Positions 60,474-64,000 of a stretch of 64,000 nt of DNA are shown here, one piece after another (position 1 is the stretch's first letter; each line of letters opens with the position of its first letter). Source of the DNA: Natronohydrobacter sp. (GTDB lineage: Bacteria > Pseudomonadota > Alphaproteobacteria > Rhodobacterales > Rhodobacteraceae); NCBI GenBank assembly GCA_020832585.1, contig JAFIEL010000003.1, positions 12,399-76,398 of the forward strand, written 5' to 3'. The position numbers and the translations under genes are program-made. The notes under the pieces were generated by a model. That model saw only the letters and a program-made list of their open reading frames with translations. It was not told the origin of the DNA and did no database searches.

Positions 60474-61685
60474 TCAGGCGACAGCATGAGCTACGGCGCA
60501 TTGCCGCCAAAGCGATGCCAACGCCATCACCAGATGGTCGATATCCGCATCGGTATGCAGTGGGCCAGGTGTAATGCGCAAACGTTCGGTCCCCTTGGGG
60601 ACCGTGGGATAATTGATCGGTTGCACATAAATGCCCCAGTCACGCATCAGGATGTCAGAGATCATGCGACACTTGACCGGGTCGCCGATCATGACCGGGA
60701 TGATATGGCTGTCATTGCCGATATGCGGTATTCCCTGCGCATCAAGCTTCGCCCGCAACCGGGCCACACGGTCACGCTGCGCCCGCCGTTCCACCGAAGA
60801 GTTCTTCAAATGCCGGATAGAGGCCGTCGCTGCCGCAGCACAGGCCGGGGGCAGGGCGGTTGTGAAGATGAATCCAGACGCGAAGGACCGGATGAAGTCG
60901 CACATCGCAGTCGAGCCGGTGATGTATCCGCCTACAACACCATAAGCCTTGCCCAGCGTCCCTTCGATCAGCGAAATGCGATCCGCAAGGCCGCGCTCTT
61001 CGGAAATGCCACCACCGCGCGGGCCATACATGCCAACAGCGTGCACTTCATCCAGATAGGTAAGCGCGCCATGCGCCTCGGCCACTTCGACGATCTCGCG
61101 CATCGGGCAGATATCGCCATCCATCGAATAGACGGATTCAAAGGCCACGATCTTCGGGCGATCACCCACCGCCTTCAGCTTGCGGTCCAGATCACGCCAG
61201 TCATTGTGTTTCCACAGCACCTTGTCCGCGCGGGAATGGCGGATGCCTTCAATCATGCTGGCATGGTTCTTCTCATCCGACAGGATCACCGCATTGGGGA
61301 TCTTCGCGCCAAGCGTCGAAAGTGCGGCCCAGTTAGAGACATAGCCAGATGTGAACAGCAGGGCAGATTCCTTGCCATGCAGGTCGGCGAGTTCCTCTTC
61401 CAGCACACGGTGCATATGGTTGTTGCCGGAAATATTGCGCGTGCCACCGGCGCCAGTGCCGCAGCTTTGCACCGCATTGACCATCGTCTCGACCACATCG
61501 GCATGATGGCCCATGCCCAGATAGTCATTCGAGCACCAGACCGTGACTTCCTGCACTTCTTCGCCGATATAGCGCTTCACCTTCGGGAAATTCCCGCATT
61601 GGCGCTCGACCTCGGCAAAGACACGGTAATTGCCCTCGGTCTTGAGCGTCTCCAACGCATGTTTGAAATGTTGATCAAAGTCCAT
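60474..61685 (-). CDS. hemA: 5-aminolevulinate synthase
   Basis: [44 protein letters not shown] (PLP Lys), [11 protein letters not shown]; start moved to 61685. Confidence 0.95.
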   Translation of the reverse strand: MDFDQHFKHALETLKTEGNYRVFAEVERQCGNFPKVKRYIGEEVQEVTVWCSNDYLGMGHHADVVETMVNAVQSCGTGAGGTRNISGNNHMHRVLEEELADLHGKESALLFTSGYVSNWAALSTLGAKIPNAVILSDEKNHASMIEGIRHSRADKVLWKHNDWRDLDRKLKAVGDRPKIVAFESVYSMDGDICPMREIVEVAEAHGALTYLDEVHAVGMYGPRGGGISEERGLADRISLIEGTLGKAYGVVGGYITGSTAMCDFIRSFASGFIFTTALPPACAAAATASIRHLKNSSVERRAQRDRVARLRAKLDAQGIPHIGNDSHIIPVMIGDPVKCRMISDILMRDWGIYVQPINYPTVPKGTERLRITPGPLHTDADIDHLVMALASLWRQCAVAHAVA

Positions 61686-61699
61686 TGGGATCCCCTCGG

Positions 61700-62500
61700 T
61701 CATGTTTTTGGTTGTTTCTGCGTGGTCGCCGGGATCATCCAGCGCCAGAGTTTGTCGTCGCGCACCCGCCAGACCATGAACCAGTGTTCCAGCAGGGCGA
61801 GGGCGGTGAGCATGGACAGCAGCGTGAAGCCGATGATGGCACCTTGATCCGCCGCGCCATGCGCGCGCCAGAGGCGTTCGAGAAAGCAGCCCACAGCCAG
61901 CGCCAGAAGCGTGACCGAAAGCGGAAAGAAACCGCTTACAGGGCCTTGCCGGAAATAGCTGGAAAGATGAGACAGCGGTTTGGGCAGGAAATCCGTGTTG
62001 ATGCGCGGCACGCCCAGATAGAGGTTCAGTTTGGCCGAGATACGGGCAAGGAACAGCACAAGAAAGGTCCAGAGCGCAAAACTGTTCGCAGCGCCTATTG
62101 ACGCGAAGAAAAGGATGCAAAGTATTGAAAACAATAGAAACTCATGCCACGCAACCGTTCTGAAAGCAGCCCAGAAACGCTGAGTCGGGTTCAGACGGGG
62201 CGGGCAGGGGCTTGTGTTCGGGCCAGTGATGACCCCGGACAGGAACGCCAGTTCCACCCAGCCCCAAAGCGCCAGCGCAGAGAGGAAGGCCAGCCAGACA
62301 TTCTGCGGACTGGCTTCTGCCAATGTTGCATGAACACCTAGCGCGCCTGCCGCGAGCAGCGGCAGGGACAGCAGGACCGACCAGATATGCTGGTCCGGTC
62401 CGCGCTTGTCGGCGCTATGGACACGCCACAACAGGATGCCTGTTGCAAACCACCACAGGAAGAGCGCAGCAAGTGCAGCGATCCAGGGGGTCTCATACAT
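61700..62500 (-). CDS. puhE: Photosynthetic complex assembly protein PuhE
   Basis: [46 protein letters not shown]; located between acsF and hemA. Confidence 0.88.
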   Translation of the reverse strand: MYETPWIAALAALFLWWFATGILLWRVHSADKRGPDQHIWSVLLSLPLLAAGALGVHATLAEASPQNVWLAFLSALALWGWVELAFLSGVITGPNTSPCPPRLNPTQRFWAAFRTVAWHEFLLFSILCILFFASIGAANSFALWTFLVLFLARISAKLNLYLGVPRINTDFLPKPLSHLSSYFRQGPVSGFFPLSVTLLALAVGCFLERLWRAHGAADQGAIIGFTLLSMLTALALLEHWFMVWRVRDDKLWRWMIPATTQKQPKT

Positions 62501-62552
62501 GGGCGTCTCCTGTGGCTGGGGCAGGGTGCGTGATCACCACGCACCCTATGGA

Positions 62553-63647
62553 TCAGTAAGCGGGTTCCAGACGGACCGACGCGGGCGGTGTGCTCTTCTT
62601 CACCGGGATGGTGTAGAGGCTTGCGAAGGCCAGCGCGGCCGAACTCATCGCGCCCAGCTTCGCCAGCTTGCCGCCCAGGCCACCCTGTTTCTCTGCCGCT
62701 TCCATCTTGCGAAACGCCCGTTCCATGCGCTTCAGGTTCGGCATCCAGCGCGGATGGTCGATATCCAGTTCCATCGGGAAAACCTGTTTCGCGATCTCGG
62801 ATGTCTTGCGGAATACTTCCTGGTCATACCAGTCGATATCGACACCAAGCGCTTCATGGAACGCAGGCCGCGCATGATCGCGCACATACATGGTGGAATA
62901 GACCGCCGTCAGGAAGAAGCGGATCCACAGCTTGTTGGCGAAACTCGTCGTCAGCTTGGGATCGGTACGCATCAAGAGCGCAAATGCCTCACCATGGCTG
63001 AACTCGTCATTGCACCATTCCTTGAACCATTTGAAAATCGGGTGAAAGCGCTGATCCGGGTTCGCCTCGAGATGGCGATAGATGGTGATATAGCGCGCAT
63101 AGCCGATCTTTTCGCTGAGGTAAGTGGCGTAATAGATGAACTTGGGCCGGAAATAGGTGTATTTCTTGGCCTTGGTCAGAAAGCCCAGATTGACGGCAAC
63201 ACCCGCTTCGCGCAGCGCGTCATTGATGAACCCTGCGTGCCGCGCCTCGTCGCGGGCCATGTAGTTGAACAGCTCGCAGATGTCGGGGTTCTTGCCGCGG
63301 CGCTTCATCTCCTTGTAAAGCACGCAGCCCGAGAATTCCGCCGTGCAGGACGACACCAGAAAGTCGATGAACTCGCGCTTCAGCTTGGGCTCCATATTGT
63401 CCCAATCGACCTTGTCCCAGGCTTCGGTCTTCTTGAAATGGCCCTTGTTGGGGTCCGCTTTCATCTGCCCGATCAGCTTATCCCATTCCGCGCGCACAGG
63501 TGTCACGTCGATCCGGTCCAACTCGTCGAAATCGGTGGTGTAGAAACGCGGGTTCAGCAGGGTCGATTCCTGCGCCATCGCGTCAGTGTCGAACTTGTCG
63601 GCAATCTCGGCGTGCAGCTCGTCATGTGTGGTGGCATGCATGTTCAT
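62553..63647 (-). CDS. acsF: Mg-protoporphyrin IX monomethyl ester oxidative cyclase (O2-dependent)
   Basis: LLNPRFYTTDF, SCTAEFSGCVLYKE, DEARHAG, YLSEKIGYARY, WCNDEFSHG di-iron motifs. Confidence 0.96.
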   Translation of the reverse strand: MNMHATTHDELHAEIADKFDTDAMAQESTLLNPRFYTTDFDELDRIDVTPVRAEWDKLIGQMKADPNKGHFKKTEAWDKVDWDNMEPKLKREFIDFLVSSCTAEFSGCVLYKEMKRRGKNPDICELFNYMARDEARHAGFINDALREAGVAVNLGFLTKAKKYTYFRPKFIYYATYLSEKIGYARYITIYRHLEANPDQRFHPIFKWFKEWCNDEFSHGEAFALLMRTDPKLTTSFANKLWIRFFLTAVYSTMYVRDHARPAFHEALGVDIDWYDQEVFRKTSEIAKQVFPMELDIDHPRWMPNLKRMERAFRKMEAAEKQGGLGGKLAKLGAMSSAALAFASLYTIPVKKSTPPASVRLEPAY

Positions 63648-63940
63648 ACGCTCATCTCCTCTGAGAAAGAGAATTCACAGAGTTCCATGAATTCGAAATC
63701 GCCCGTCAGCCGTGTCCAGAGCCGTTCCAGAGCGGTGGCCCGCGTGATGGTGGCCATCCGGTCCTCGACGATCAGCTCGCCCCAGGCCGCCAGCACGGGC
63801 GGCCCCTGAACCAGCACCTCGTCGCCGGGATGAATGACAGAGCCATCATTGAACCGGACATGGGCATGCAGAGCTTCAAAGCGGTGCGACACTTCGACAG
63901 TGCAGGGCACCTGTTCGACCTTTCGAGAGAAGAGTGACAT
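63644..63940 (-). CDS. bciE: BciE, alphaproteobacterial AcsF accessory subunit
   Basis: 98-aa ORF coupled (ATGA) immediately upstream of acsF, with Cys13 and Cys88 as I recall for Rhodobacter BciE. Confidence 0.8.
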   Translation of the reverse strand: MSLFSRKVEQVPCTVEVSHRFEALHAHVRFNDGSVIHPGDEVLVQGPPVLAAWGELIVEDRMATITRATALERLWTRLTGDFEFMELCEFSFSEEMSV

Positions 63941-63982
63941 TGATTTATTCCCTTTGTTTTTTTGATAGTCTTGGAAGCGATC

Positions 63983-64000
63983 TTATTCGATCATCAGCAG
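63983..64000 (-). CDS. Possible 3' end of an upstream gene (puhC expected by synteny)
   Basis: Only ...LLMIE-stop is visible; assignment rests on conserved puh operon order. Confidence 0.3.
   Translation of the reverse strand: MLMIE

Noticed and set aside
61686-62120. N-terminal extension of hemA (548-aa ORF)
   Set aside because: Overlaps puhE in another frame; the ALAS sequence starts at MDF (61685) after an RBS.
62406-63809. Long antisense ORFs (also 60486-61847, 26741-28150, 11497-12951 and others)
   Set aside because: Expected in GC-rich DNA opposite well-supported genes; no recognisable domains.

Overview
GC-rich alphaproteobacterial (Rhodobacteraceae-like) DNA, most likely part of a repABC plasmid or chromid. 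Left to right: (1) a truncated TRAP dctP, a GntR-Ldh_2 fusion and an LRA5-like SDR. (2) A ~22 kb uncharacterised minus-strand catabolic system (3470-25891). It encodes a Liv-type ABC importer whose second ATPase is fused to a Tm-1-like/UPF0261 domain, a PF09370-type TIM barrel, a 911-aa flotillin/SPFH protein with ~36 hendecad repeats, two SRPBCC paralogs, a four-subunit molybdenum hydroxylase with a split large subunit and a Pro-rich tail, MoxR/VWA chaperones, and three lactonase-fold hydrolases. (3) A complete non-phosphorylative L-fucose operon with IclR. (4) A PfkB kinase divergent from a fused E1-alpha/beta + free lipoyl domain + alpha/beta hydrolase + SorC + RbsD/FucU operon. (5) denD, an FAD oxidoreductase/FadR/enolase-family dehydratase/KGSA dehydrogenase operon, xylD-xylX, LacI, a TRAP system and a DMT transporter. 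(6) A repABC module with ctRNA, two parS-like palindromes, a DnaA box and a dif-like inverted repeat. (7) The edge of a photosynthesis gene cluster (cycA, hemA, puhE, acsF, bciE). I saw no rRNA, tRNA, CRISPR or IS element. Many start codons were moved downstream of the ORF-track starts using RBS position and gene overlaps. All family calls come from motif recognition, not database searches. The best candidate for an undescribed system is the flotillin/Mo-hydroxylase/Tm-1 operon.
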